Of a stretch of DNA of 64,000 bases, positions 37,766 through 50,800 are shown in pieces; the first letter of the stretch is position 1, and each line of letters begins with the position of its first letter. Source of the stretch: Takakia lepidozioides (taxonomy: Eukaryota; Plantae; Bryophyta); assembly GCA_030704615.1 (NCBI GenBank), contig CM060733.1, positions 50,530,001 to 50,594,000 on the forward strand, written 5' to 3'. The position numbers and the translations under genes were made by a program. A model generated the notes under the pieces. The model was given only the letters and a program-made list of their open reading frames with translations, was not told the DNA's origin and did not search any database.

Positions 37766-40135
37766 ATGTACAGAGGTTTGCCTCTCCACACAGAACCTTC
37801 AGTGCCCAAAATCCAGTTCCCCGGATACGCATTTGTATCTTGCAGGGTAGTGGTGTTTCAATTCTGGAATCGGATCTGTTTATTTATCGGCCATAAGAGT
37901 TGGGGCAAGCCTAGGAGCTGTGGTGCAGCCATCATCACCACTGTTAGTGATGGAGGACGAATCCAGAGAGTAGTGGTGAAGCGATGGATCAATGACACTT
38001 TTGCAGCAGCTAGTGGTGACACTGTAATAGTGAGCAAGGAGGGACGACTGGATGAGGCCGTGCGCATTTTGGATCTTGCAAAACAACGAGGCGTTCAGGC
38101 ATATACTGAGGTTTGTGCTCGTCTCTTGCAAGAGTGTGGTTGGACGAAATCCCTGGCAGTTGGCAAGGGGGTTCATGGTCATATCATAAAAGATGGGTTC
38201 GAACCAGACACATTCCTCGGAAATGTCCTTGTCAGCATGTATTGCAAGTGCGAGAGTGTTGTGGATGCGCGCCTGGTGTTCAACAGCATGCGTAAACGGG
38301 ATGTGATCTCGTGGACTGCGATGATATCCGGATTAGCACAGCATGGGCAAGGAGAAGAGGCATTTGAGCTCTTTTGGCGAATGAAACAAGAAGGCGTGAA
38401 GCCCAACAAGGTCACCTTCATGAGCATCCTGGGCGCTTGCACCAGCCCTGAAGACTTGGAACAGGGGAAGCAGCTCCATGCGGGAGTCATTAACGCTGGA
38501 TATCAATCGGATGTGCGAGTCGGGACTTCCCTTGTCACCATGTATTGCAAGTGTGGGAGTGTCGCGGATGCCCTCCAGGTATTTGACAAACTCCCTCATA
38601 GAGATGCGGTGTCATGGACTGCAATGATAGCAGGATCTGCTCAGAATGTTCATGGTGAAAAGGCTTTCGAACTCTTCCGACAAATGCAAAGGGAAGGGTT
38701 GAGGCCGGACAAGGTGACATTCATTAGCGTTCTCAATGCATGTGCCAGCCCTGCAGCGCTGGAGCAGGGCAAGCAGCTCCAATTGGACATCGTCAGAGCT
38801 GGGTTTGGTTCAGATGTCCAAGTGGGAAATGCCCTTGTCAGCATGTATTGCAAATGCCAGAGTTTGGTGGATGCGAGGCAAGTGTTTGAGGAAATGCCCA
38901 GCAGAGATGTAATTTCCTGGAATGCTATGATGGGAGGATGTGCCCGACAGGGTCATGGGGAGGAGGCATTGGCACTGCTTCATCAAATGCAAAGAGAGGG
39001 CTTGAAAGGAGACAGGGTCACTTTCATGAATGTCCTCAAGGCCTGTGCCAGCCTCGCAGTCCTGGAGCAGGGCAAGTGGGTTCATGCCCACATCATCAAA
39101 GCTGGAGTCGAATCAGAGAGCCTAGTTGGGAATACTCTTATTGACATGTATACAAAATGCGGGAGTGTTGAGGATGCCCGGCAAGTATTTGACAGAATGG
39201 TCAAAAGAGATGTAGTCTCGTGGAATGCCATGATGATAGGATATTCTAAGCATGGCCATGGTAAGGAGGCCCTCCAACTCTTTAAACAAATGCAATTGGA
39301 AGGGGTGAAGCCAGATGACATCACATTTATGGCCGTTCTTTCTGCTTGCAGCCATGTAGGCCTAGTGAACGAGGGCTTTCAGTACTTCTATTCCATGAAC
39401 CAGGATCATGGTGTTGTACCAACACTGAAGCATTATGGCCTCATTGTTGACCTTCTTGGCCGGGCAGGGCGCTTGGTGGAGGCAGAGGATGTCATTAACA
39501 AAATGCCATTTGAACCCGATGTTCCAATTTGGGGGACCTTGCTTGGTGCCTGCAGAATCTATGGCAATGTGGAGATAGCAGAACGGGCCGCACAATGTGT
39601 TCTCAAGGTGGAACCAGAACATGCTGGAGTGTTGATGCAGCTTTCAAACATCTATGCTGCGGCTGGTAGATGGGATGATGTATCAAAGGTGAGAAAAATA
39701 GTGGAGGCCAAAGGCGTAAGAAAGGAGCCAGGTTGCAGCTGGATTGAGGTCAAGAATAGGGTCCATACATTCACTGTAGAAGATAGGTCACACCCACAAA
39801 CAGAGGAAATCCATGCCGAATTGGCAAGATTGACAAAGCAAATGAGAAACTTGGGATATGTGCCCGACACACGGTTTGTCTTGCATGATGTGGATCAGCA
39901 GAGCAAGGAAAAGGCCCTATGCCACCACAGTGAAAAACTGGCCATTGCTTTCGGACTCATCAGCACACCCCCTGGGACACTCATCCGCATAATCAAGAAC
40001 CTTCGTATATGTGGTGATTGCCACACTGCTGCCAAATTTATCTCGAAGATTGCTGAGCGTGAAATTATTGCAAGGGATGCCACCCGTTTTCATCACTTCA
40101 ATGAGGGTGTGTGTTCATGTGGGGATTATTGGTGA
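37766..40135 (+). CDS. PLS-class PPR protein, DYW type (start codon uncertain)
   Basis: Long intronless ORF with PLS triplets, PGCSWIEV, HSEKLA, CGDCH and CSCGDYW*. First in-frame ATG is at 37766; the gene is divergent from NSA2. Confidence 0.93.
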   Translation: MYRGLPLHTEPSVPKIQFPGYAFVSCRVVVFQFWNRICLFIGHKSWGKPRSCGAAIITTVSDGGRIQRVVVKRWINDTFAAASGDTVIVSKEGRLDEAVRILDLAKQRGVQAYTEVCARLLQECGWTKSLAVGKGVHGHIIKDGFEPDTFLGNVLVSMYCKCESVVDARLVFNSMRKRDVISWTAMISGLAQHGQGEEAFELFWRMKQEGVKPNKVTFMSILGACTSPEDLEQGKQLHAGVINAGYQSDVRVGTSLVTMYCKCGSVADALQVFDKLPHRDAVSWTAMIAGSAQNVHGEKAFELFRQMQREGLRPDKVTFISVLNACASPAALEQGKQLQLDIVRAGFGSDVQVGNALVSMYCKCQSLVDARQVFEEMPSRDVISWNAMMGGCARQGHGEEALALLHQMQREGLKGDRVTFMNVLKACASLAVLEQGKWVHAHIIKAGVESESLVGNTLIDMYTKCGSVEDARQVFDRMVKRDVVSWNAMMIGYSKHGHGKEALQLFKQMQLEGVKPDDITFMAVLSACSHVGLVNEGFQYFYSMNQDHGVVPTLKHYGLIVDLLGRAGRLVEAEDVINKMPFEPDVPIWGTLLGACRIYGNVEIAERAAQCVLKVEPEHAGVLMQLSNIYAAAGRWDDVSKVRKIVEAKGVRKEPGCSWIEVKNRVHTFTVEDRSHPQTEEIHAELARLTKQMRNLGYVPDTRFVLHDVDQQSKEKALCHHSEKLAIAFGLISTPPGTLIRIIKNLRICGDCHTAAKFISKIAEREIIARDATRFHHFNEGVCSCGDYW

Positions 40136-40139
40136 TGGT

Positions 40140-40266
40140 AAGGGTCTATCCGCTCTCGGCACTAAACTGAAATTTAAACACGGGGCAGGAAGCCTACCTT
40201 TGAACAGCAAACGGAAGCAGAGAGGAAAGGGAGAGTGCAATTGCCCGTTGTGTGGGCAACCTGAAG
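40140..40266 (+). mobile_element. Internal fragment of the same LINE family immediately after the DYW stop codon
   Basis: Near-identical to the reverse complement of about 1591-1717 (LGTKLKFKHGAGSLPLNSKRKQRGKGECNCPLCGQ). Confidence 0.9.
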
Positions 40267-41049
40267 CCAATATTCAGGGTTCAGGGTGGGCTCCACAATC
40301 TACGAATAGAGAATGTTGCACCTTTCATCTGATCTGTGCTAGGCAGAGCGAGTATTCTGTCTGTTCTGTTATCGGTATGAATGGCAGTGTGAGAAGTTAC
40401 ATGAGCCACATGTTTGTTACATTGAGGCAGGTACAGTGCTGCAAAAACTGCAAATTTGAACTTGCCAGCCATGTCTTTGAGTGTGTGTACATGGACATCT
40501 GATCTTCAGGTTAAGACTGAAATTCTAGCCAGGCCAGACTTCTGCTAACCGGGTTTAAATTCTCAGGCTTGGCAGTGAACCAAGATGTATCAAATGAGAG
40601 GACTGCATTCTCTACTGCCATCCAAAGATTTAGAAGACCCCCAAGTTTAACAAGTTGCGGGACTGGTATTTGACGATGCTACGGAAGGCTAACTTATATT
40701 AGCGACAATTACGGAAGGCAAAAGCTTGTGATTGGCAAGGTAAGCCCCTAACCCGCCCCTAAGCACTTTGGAGTAGATCATTTGGCCCAAAAACCACTTG
40801 TTGAAGTGTCTGTGTAGGAAGGGGCTGTGAAATTTTCAACATGGCTGAAGCCAACATCACTGGTACTTCAGGACGACAGCACCAACAAGTTACCTTTGTC
40901 TCTTTTTGCGAGAAGATGTGACAGTAGCCATTGTTCTGCTATTTCTTTCTTGTTCATATAGTGCAAGGGCAGCAGCTCACTTGCCAACATTGAACATATA
41001 CGGTAAACCAAGTATGTTTGGAAAGCAACAGCTGTATGTTGTGGTGACA

Positions 41050-41570
41050 TTGTCAAAGCTAGAATTGTATCACATGATGCGGGGAAGGGTGCAGACCAAC
41101 CAGATCATGCTCGTTTGTATTTGCAATATGTGTGTGAGCCTGGCAGCTCTGGGAAAGTAGGGAGAAAGGGTGCAGAAGTCCATGGTGACATCGTGAAGCT
41201 GAAAATTGGTATATGTCAGGCATGGTTCAACGCTGAAGCATGGAACAATGTTGGCTGGACTTCTTAAGATCCGTCACAATGGTGGGACAGTAGCCTTGAC
41301 GAGACGAGCTTTCTTCAGAGTTCTTTCAAGATCCTTCACAATGGTGGGACAAGATTTCATTGTGGGTTTATGGCTAGTTGCTCCTCCATGGTTGAAAGAA
41401 AAAACAACTGCTTGATGTCAAGCACAATGTGGTCGGGACACCTTCTTCTTCAACACCTTTCAGCCTGTTTTGTTTTGGAGTGATTTCCAATGTGGATTCA
41501 AGTCAAATGTTTTTCTACACAACGCCCTTCTCAACATGTATGTTGAGTGCAGGAGCCTCGTGGATGTAGC
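41050..41570 (+). pseudogene. Degenerate PPR motif fragments
   Basis: MRGRVQTNQIMLVCICNMCVSLAALGK*..EVHGDIVK and GFKSNVFLHNALLNMYVECRSLVD are decayed P/L/S motifs. Confidence 0.6.
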
Positions 41571-41879
41571 AGGAAGCAGCAGCAGCACTGGCGCACTTGA
41601 TAAAACCAGGTACCCTCATCTTCAATACAGTTCAGCCTGTTCTGTCCTCTTTTCAGAGTAGTCCCTATTTTCCAGCGAAGGGGAGGATGTATATGCATTA
41701 TGGGTTTTGTGGTAGGGATAGCTAAAGGGGCAGGGATGGATTGTGGGTGTAGAATCATTGAATCATTGAGCAAGACCAGTTTTGGAGAGAATGTAGTGTA
41801 CCAACTATGAAAGCAGTGTAATATGCGAGGGTGGCAGTGCATCAAAGACACCCAGGGCTCTGCGTTCTGCAGTTGAACC

Positions 41880-42590
41880 AGGCATTGTTTTATGAGTCAG
41901 GCACCTCCACCGCAACCAGTGCTTTTCAAAGAGGACCAAGAGAGGCAGTCAACAAGAACTTTTCTCGCACTGTTGCAGATGTGAGGACACTATGTAAGGG
42001 GGGACAACTGAAAGAGGCCCTGCAAATGTTGAACCAGGGAGGTCATTTGGCAGACTCTTTTACTTCTGTCTGTCTTATCCAGGAGTGTATCAAGATAAAA
42101 GGGTTAGCAGAGGGAAAGCAGGTACATGCGCACATTATCCAAAGTGGGTTTAAGCCAAACATCTTTGTCCTCAACTCCGTTGTCAACATGTATGCCGAGT
42201 GCGGAAGTGTGGTAGATGCCCGTCTGGTGTTTGACAAAATGCTTGAACGAGATATTTTTACATGGACACAATGATGGCAGGATATGCCAGGCATGGATGT
42301 GGTAGGGAGGCCTTGAAGATTTATGAGCAAATGGGGAGATACCCAACAATGTCACATACACTTGCGTTGTCAATGCATGTGCGAGCCTGGCAAACCTCGA
42401 AAAGGGCAAAGAGGTTCATGCTGACATTATCAAGGCTGGAATTAAGCTAGATATCATTCTTGAGACTGACATTGCTGACATGTATACCAAATGTGGGAGC
42501 ATGAAGGAAGCACGGCAAGTGTTTGACAATATGGCTCAACGAAATATGGTCTCATGGAACGTGATGATTGCAGGATATTCCAGCATGGCT
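41880..42590 (+). pseudogene. Truncated, frameshifted PPR pseudogene paralogous to the 23312-25252 gene
   Basis: FQRGPRE..DVRTLCKGGQLKEA..LIQECIKIK..GKQVHAHIIQSGFKPN matches [30 protein letters not shown]. Frameshifts near 42270 and 42335; no E/DYW domain. Confidence 0.85.
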
Positions 42591-44825
42591 GTGCTGGCCG
42601 CAAGCTGTCTTGAGTTATACTAGTCGCCCGAAGTCTCATTGCCATAAGGCTCGCATGGATCAAGTGATTCTCCCTCTCTCTCCCCATCTCTCTCACTGTC
42701 ACAAAGAGTAGGTTGCCCTGGATGGAATGTGCATAGAGCTTAAAGTTAAACTTCCTTTCCTTTCTTACCTGATTGTACATCTCAACCCAGCTGGAAAACA
42801 GAACCTGATGCATGCCCAATCTGTAGGCATGATCGTGAGGAAGCAAGTATTGCCCAATGCAATGCGGTTGCTTGTCTTCTGCACCTTGACAGCTTCACAA
42901 TGACTGCCGCAGAAGCAAAGCTTGTTGTACTCCAAGCTCCCCTGCTTCTTCCCTGTGATATCCAAAGCCCTATCTATTATGTAGTGAGCACATTTCACCA
43001 ACTTCAAACAACCCTCCTTCACTCAAACCCTTGACTGGAGAGCTTGCCACGACTACGGGTGCAAGGAATTTGCAATGACCAATTTGGTGGAACACTTTTG
43101 AGGCACAAACAAGCATGGACAAAGGAAGGTTGAAATAACCAGTGTTGGGGGGGTATTACTTTTTTGAATACCAGCCGGGTCCTGGTACTGAAACGACTGA
43201 ATATTGCATGAAGTTCCTAGAGGGGGCAGGTCGGAGACTGCGGGCTATCCATTGTGGCAACGACATCGTGTGTTCCTTGCGTTGCAGCTTAGAGCTCAGC
43301 CAACATTACTCAAATGTGTGTGCGACTGAAATCCTGGAGCAAACCATAGCGTAGGCCCCCGCCAATTTTGTAGGTCAAGAAAGGATGACATACAAGGAGG
43401 AAAATGAGAAATCCAAGCCACCTTGGACTCAGAGAGGGAGGGTAGGCACTAGGCACTGTCCCTCCCTGATTGTTGTTACATGAACAGAATTGGATGCAAA
43501 GTAAAAAGTTATGACAAAAACATCATCACCATGTCCAATAGTCGTCCTCATGTGTTGCACTCTCTAACCCCTTCTGCAACGGCCGGTGCTGCACTCCCCA
43601 TGAGACCATGCACCAATGATTATTAAAGGGATTGCAGAAGAAAAACACCGATTGATGTGATTAGTTCCCGAAGAACGTTGAATCCATCCTCGGAGGATTC
43701 GTTTGAGGCTTCGGGGATTTTGTTTGAAGGTAGGAAGGCCGCGTGAGCAGGTGAGCAGTGAGATGCCTCTAAATGCCTAATGAGCATATGAGCTTATGAG
43801 CATTTCACTAATAAGCAACATTCGGGGGCCAGATTGTTGAGATCTCACAAAACTTATCAAACAATTGTTGAAATCTAGTAGGCCAGCATGATATACTCAG
43901 GAAAGTGGCAGATGGATTCAATCTTGAGCTTTCATGGGACTATGACCACACACAGAACTATCCGGCTCGGTATTAACCTCCCAGTAACTGTGCACATTGC
44001 TCCATTATCATTTCAACCTCAGCGGACAGTGTTAACATTCCCACTGATCCGAGTATCTCTCATCGCATTCAACGACAACCATCTTACAATTTCATCAACT
44101 TCAACACCCTTACTGAGACTCAGACCATCAGACATGCTTCTTCCTTTTTGTCGTCAACAAGTCGCCTCAACCTGCTGGCATGACCCCTTTCATCCCTGTT
44201 TGGGAGTTGTTAACGTGTGTAATATACCCAGCAGCTATCCCTTCTCCCCCTCCTTTCCTCCCCTCAGTCATCTTTGCTTGACTGTCATGGACTCAACTGA
44301 TAAAACCTGCTTCATCCTCCTTGCCACATTAGGGTTCAACAAGACATTATGGACAGTTCCTCTGCTTTGAAGCTCTTCACAGTAGCATGTTTCTCAGCCT
44401 TACCCCCAGGAATGAGGTTAGCCTTATGCTCTTGACCACGGATTCCTTCACCCCCCTTCAAATTCATAAATAACCATCCCCCGGCCCTGCACAAGAGACT
44501 TGCCCGTTCACATCCACTTTCCGTGAACTGGATCAGGCAAAAGATCTGCAACTATCATTCCTGATGAGAACCTTGCCATCCGCTGATCCACCAGATTGCA
44601 CCAATGTTAGCACATTATTTGAACTTAAGCAGAGGAGTACCGTTTGATGTTTCAAGTGTCGTGACTTGACCATCAGCCATCTTGTTCACCCTCAGCAACT
44701 GATCCATGGCCTAATGCCAGAACTTCCATTGCAGTACAAGTTGCTGACAAGCGTGCTCTGTTGCAAATTGTTGGGGCAAATTGGCATTACTGTCAATCCT
44801 CTTCCGGCACTGCAGAATGGTGCCC

Positions 44826-47800
44826 TCAAGACGTATTTGATACCCAGTCTTCCCGATGGGTCCTCCAAACCTGGAGAAGATCTCGAGTTACAGCATATGC
44901 ATGACCTAGAAGAGGGCCTACCAGATCTGCAGCCAGAAAATCAGATCATTGACTTAAGGACCTTTCTTACCAAAGCATAGCACTGTGTGAACTGTAAACT
45001 AACTCTCTCGTTGAAAGGTCTGATATTCCATACAAGTGGAACCAAGACTCTACACCATTGCAGAGCCAAACAAAATGCCTGTTTTCATCAGAAGGTACAT
45101 TGTACAAACCTGAAGTGCCAGGCGCATCAGGCCTCTGGAAGTTCTTCCAGAGATTTGCTACTGTTCTAGCACGTTGACCAAGAGCCATAACACAATCCCC
45201 TCTCTCAGCAAGCTTCTGTTCCCAACCCGTGTCCCTGGTCTGCACTTCACTACTTGACTGGCCACTTTCTGATGTGTGAGCAGGAATTGGCGTGGTGTTG
45301 TGCCTTCCATTTATAGCTTGTGGCTCACCCCGTGAAGGGTCCACATCACCACAACCATCCTGTTTTCTTGAAGCAGCACTGAATTCCCGTTCCTTTAGGC
45401 GCCAGTGGAGAGCCTCCCTCATCAATGACCCAATGTGGAAAGTCGAAGTTTGAAAATGGATTGCAGACGAGGAAGAGCACTTGTTCTCTCCTGCTTTCAA
45501 ATCCAGGGAGATGACGACTCTTTCACCATCCAAAGTTGCCAATTTCAGCCGACTGCCAGCCTGTTTATCAAAAGAGGTAGAGATTGGGTAAAATTGTTCC
45601 CTTTGGTTTGCCTGCTACTCTTAAACTTTCTTGGAGGACCAACTCTGACCAGGGTCAAGATCAATGCATCAGCCATCCATACTCTGCAACCAAGCAACTA
45701 CCGCCAGACGTTTTTGTCTCTTTACAGGAGAGAGTCAGCGGGCTATACAGTCTGCAGCAAACACAAAACATATTGCTTCTGTACCATACCCAAATCGGTC
45801 CAACAAGTGTTGATACAACCAGTCCGTAGACACAGAGACAAGGTGCTTTGGGCATTTTTGTTCACTAAATTCTTTAACAGTACTGCAAGCCGCCAATGTC
45901 ACAGAAATAACAAGAAATCACTTAGAAAGAGTACACACCTTCAACAACCGTCCATGCAAAAGGTCTTCCAGAGGAGCATTCTGCCACATCATTGTGTCAT
46001 CCCCAGTCTTCCCTCTACATGTCTGATCATTCCCAGCAGTTAATGCAAAAGTCCATGAGAACGGACCTAGCAACTGTCTATCACCCACATCCAACATAAC
46101 CCCGCTGGAGCCTGCATCTGCTGTTGCACAGTACCAATGAGGAAACTGTCAAAAGAGTTTCAATCCTATGTCAACCTCTATGAAGAAGAAAATTCTTAAA
46201 TTAGAACAGTACCGCTTGTGAGAAATAACATATTGTTTAAAGTGAAATTCTCCTGAAAGGTGAGTGATGAGAGACAAAGACAAGACAATATCCAAGGCAA
46301 AACTAGAACCCCTTTGTGATATTGTCTCCCTCTCTGTTGGGCCAATGACTGTTATCACCTATTCAGTAAGTTATATAAAATGCACAGGCGTCAGGTACCT
46401 TATCAAGCCACACTCCACTGACAACCTCTTACCTGTGTTTGATGTATGAGCACTGTGAGACATTACTGCTGATCCAGTTGACTCACTGTTACGCAGCATC
46501 CACAAAGTTTGCTCCAGCCTTGGAGGTGGGTCCCTGAGCAGTGACAACACATCTATCCGCTTCCGCAACAGAAGGACACATGCTGCACCTGGGATGCTTA
46601 CACACTGCATTGTTGAGTCTAAACCATCAAGCAGCCCATCTGGGAGTCCAGAATTCACTGTTTTGTCCGACCCATATTTGTCCACATCTGCCCAACCTTT
46701 GCTTTCAAGTAGGAGATTATGGTAGTCATGGATATGAGAGAGAAAGACGGTGGCAATGACAGGACCCCATCGGCCACCAGGAAGCCTCACATTGAAATTG
46801 TAAGTCCATTGGGCACCAACTGGCAAGCCCAGTCCACCATTGATTGCAAAAGAGAAATGAGCAACAGGAACATTGATAGAGAGACAGCTCTGCAGCTCGA
46901 TGACGAGAGACCAGTATTGAGAGAGGGGGGTCCAACTGTGGTTGACTAGACAAACTCCTAGTTGGACCATATAGTCAGGGCACCATTTTCCTGTCAGGGC
47001 TTTTGCTGCTTTATCTGCTAGATGGACTGTTGGACCACCAAAAGAAAGCTGGTCGGGAGATACAGCGGTAGCAGGAAGTGGACATGCACTGAGCTGACAC
47101 CGGAGTCCAGTCTTGGATTCAGAGTCTGAGAGATCTGGTACTCTTTTGCCATTCCCATCTGGGAAGTTACTGGTCGGGTGTAGGTACCACCGTGTCGAGT
47201 CAGTGGCAATACCATATGCCATTGGTAAGGTGACTGCCAGTTCGTTCAACGAGAAAGTGAGAGCCTTGTCATGGCTTTGGACATCTTCCATACATGCTTC
47301 CACCTCAGACACCAATGAGAGCAGTGCCTACAAAGAAACCCCACCACACCACCAAGTTACCATGAAGCAGAGAACTTGTCCGTGACTGAGGTACTCTTGT
47401 ATATAACCAGCTTAGGCACTAGGTTTGGGTCTCTAACGGAAGTGCTCAACAGGGATACTGGTGGGTCCACAGCCAGCCCAAATTCCTGACATTGCATCAC
47501 ACTCATATCTTCGTATGAGAGGACCTCACAATGTCTCATTGTCCACATGTCTGTACTTGACTATTCCTAATGGAAGGAATAAAAAAGGTGGAGCACTCCT
47601 CTTCCTTTAGCATCACAGCAAGACACTCCACAGGATAGCTGCATGGGTCTGGAAAGTCAAGATTTGATGTTGGTTAGTGTTCAATGATTGCTAGGTGGTG
47701 GGATGCAATCATGGATACCTTTTGATTTTGGTATTCCACATTTTCTTGCTTTTGTTCCATAATCAGCTTATCACAAGGGCTGCCCTGCCACCTGCAATCA

Positions 47801-50800
47801 ACTCTCTTCTCCACAGCGCCTGGCAGAGACACCCTGGTTCTCAAAATTTCCGCCAACCCACAGCTTTCATTTTTTGCTGGCACGGTGACCTGCTCAGAGA
47901 CTTTCACTCCCAGGAGGCTTCCCCCAACAGTTAAAACCACCAATGGTCGGCTGCTTGTGTAAGCCATGGATAACCCAATTCCAGCTATTCCAACCACATT
48001 GGCAATTGGCACCCTTTGAGATATAAATTGCTCCCTAGGTTGCTGTATTGATTTCTGAGATTTAGAGGAGCCACCGGGGACTGTCAGCTTTTTGGTCTCA
48101 TAGCTGTTCCATGCCACACTAACACCCACTGTTGATGAAAAAGGCTCAACCCCACAGAAGCCATGCCATTGCCCAAGTGTTGCATTGCTTGTTGAAAAAG
48201 GCTGCATCTCCTCAAATAGATCAGCAATGAACACGTCAGATCCCACAGTGTAGCAAAGGTGATTTGGACCCAGCATGCAAGCACTACCAACCGGTGCTTT
48301 GATAGCCCTTTCACTGAACACCAACTTTCTGCCTTGGGAATTGCTTGCAGGCAAATTCATGCCCTCTAACTGGGAACATCCTTGTTTCAAATGAAACAGC
48401 CAGAAGGGTCCACGTAGAGAACCCCCCTCTAATCTATCCTCTTTCATAGTGGAGATCACTATCACACGCCCAAACTGGCCTATCACTACCAACCAGTTAG
48501 CACCCCTATTTTTCTCAGCCTCTGTTGACCTGAGAGAGGTTATGCCTGCAGCTTGGTGGTGGCTCTGACTACAAGTTGAAACAGGGAACAGAGCCACCAC
48601 TGGCTGCTGAAGGTCACAGACTACTCTTGGAGAAGAACTTGCAAAGCTGCCCTGTTCCACAGGCAGGAAATATACCCTTCCATCCAGATCCCCTGCAAGT
48701 ATTTCATGAATCGTCTATGTAAGTACAGAGTAACAACTCCATACAGACAACTTAAAAGGCAACCCAAACAATTATTACATGAGTCCAAGTTAAGACCTAC
48801 AATAGTGAAACTTAGAGGGTGAGTGCAGTCTTATTGTGTTGTTAATCGAAAAGGTTGGACCGAGTTGCAGCCTCTTTTCTGGAAGTAATGAGGAAAAGTC
48901 AGCCATGATGTCGGCTAGCACTGCGCAGCAAAGCCATTTGATAAATTTTTAAATTTAATTTTGAGAGTCGTACAACATGAGGAGGCTGTGCCACAATCTT
49001 TCCATCAGTTGACTACTGTTGAATATATGTACAGCTCAGCCCATGAAACATGCTGCTGAGCATGGCTAATGTATGTCTGAGCAGTATTAACCAAAGAAAC
49101 AACCAGAGAGAAGAACCTTACTGGAAAGAGAGAAGGAACAGAGGAAAGAAGATGGGGAGGGAGATTGGATACCTTGCAGTAATATACCATGCTCATGTGC
49201 ATGGGAGAGCTCAATAGAAAGAGCCTCAAACAGCTCTTTTGACAGAAAAGCCTGGCCTCTTTCACATCCATTCCCCTGCCCCTGATGCATGGCATATGCC
49301 AATAGCAGGCAGGTGGGCTCCCTCCTGAACATTGGTCCATAATCACAGGGAGCTCCTTGCAGACTTTCAGTGGAACTCCATGGGACCCCACTGGTACTCA
49401 AAAACTTGGGGGGCCCAAACCGTGCTAAGATCACCACCTAATGACAAATCACATAGGCATGTTTCAATCTGAAGTTGAATACATTGCAAAACTTGGAGGG
49501 AGTTTCGACACTTGATAGAGTATGTAAATAGGGAATAGATTAGCGAGGAGCTATCCAAGAGAGACATTTTGGCAGACAGACAAACGGTCTAGTTGTGCAA
49601 TGAGTCTCTTCCGTGGGCTGATCCATGTGCATATCATGATGATGAGAAGTGAACCACCACGTTCTGTTGTGAGTCCTTGAAAATGCAGACAATTCACTAT
49701 CTTTTCCATCAAGTCAATGCTGGGTTCAAGGGCTTTCATGAGGAGAGGTCTCACAGTGAAGTCCCACTAGTAGAGAGAGCATTACTTGTAGTGGCCCTCA
49801 TTCTGCTCTCCTCCTGCTCTATTTCCTAGTGTGAACACACTTGGCATGGGCTCTAGGGCAGAAATACAGTCTCAGGAAGATACACAGACACCACATTGGC
49901 ACAACCCTCTGGTCAGTTGACAAATTGAGAACACCTACAAAGTTTTGAGGACCAAACGCACCAACAGTCGCACCAGGGACCACACCCAGTAGTGCGCCTG
50001 ACGTCACAGCATCTTTCACTTCCATCAACACTGGCTCTGGTTTGTGATTCTGCACCACCAACCTTTTCCACTGTGGTAGGAAACCAAGCACACTTTCGCT
50101 GCCTACAACAAGGCTTGTAGCATTGACTGTAGCACCACCACCTATGATTTCTGGCAAGGCCCTTTCGTCTGCCGGCTTCATGTTTTCTCCTCTGGCCTCC
50201 AAAACATCCTCCCCTGCATCCTTATGGAATTGAGACGGACCTCTAAGACTGCACGCTGATGTTGATAGGACCCTCATGCCACATTTATTTATCTCCAGTG
50301 GTTCTTGCGCTTGTGTGAGCCTGACATGATTAGCTCCCTTCTGTTTCTTGATGGGCCTGCACATATAACAAGCCAGAGGGCAGAAATATTCATTCCCATT
50401 CCGCCTCTTCCTCCTATTTTCCCCTCTTCTCCATTCAAACCTCTAGGTGAGATGGCCAAAGATGCAGTGATTTTGCAAAGAAAACGCTGACATGTAGCGT
50501 TGAGGGCTTATGATTTCACATACCTGACTGATAAGATGCTGTCTTCCATCCTGAGTGCCCAAATGCATCCTTCCTCGGTGATCACTAGCAGACAAGCAGC
50601 CTGGTGCGCCACTTGAACGCTGCTTTCCGATGTTGATTCGGTTTTGCCATCTCTTATGGGAGTGCCAGGCGCGGGAGGGCCGAACAGTAGAAACACAGGG
50701 TCTGCTGGAAATCGCCACTTCGACTGCAAGAGAAAAACTGATCAGGCTGAGATATGGGCGTCCGTTCGAAACAGTAATGTGTCTTGAATATCGAGTGGTG

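Noticed and set aside
23312-40135. U-to-C (DYW:KP-type) editing factors
   Set aside because: Both DYW domains have PG boxes, HSE and terminal DYW, the canonical C-to-U type.
44971-44991. 21-nt symmetric micro-exon in the FAAP100-like gene
   Set aside because: Would leave a 44-nt intron; direct splicing from 45110 to 44926 keeps frame.
47710-49172. Two GTATCC donors in the FAAP100-like gene as possible U12 introns
   Set aside because: They read GTATCCAA and GTATCCAT, lack the TT, and have no CCTTAAC branch site.
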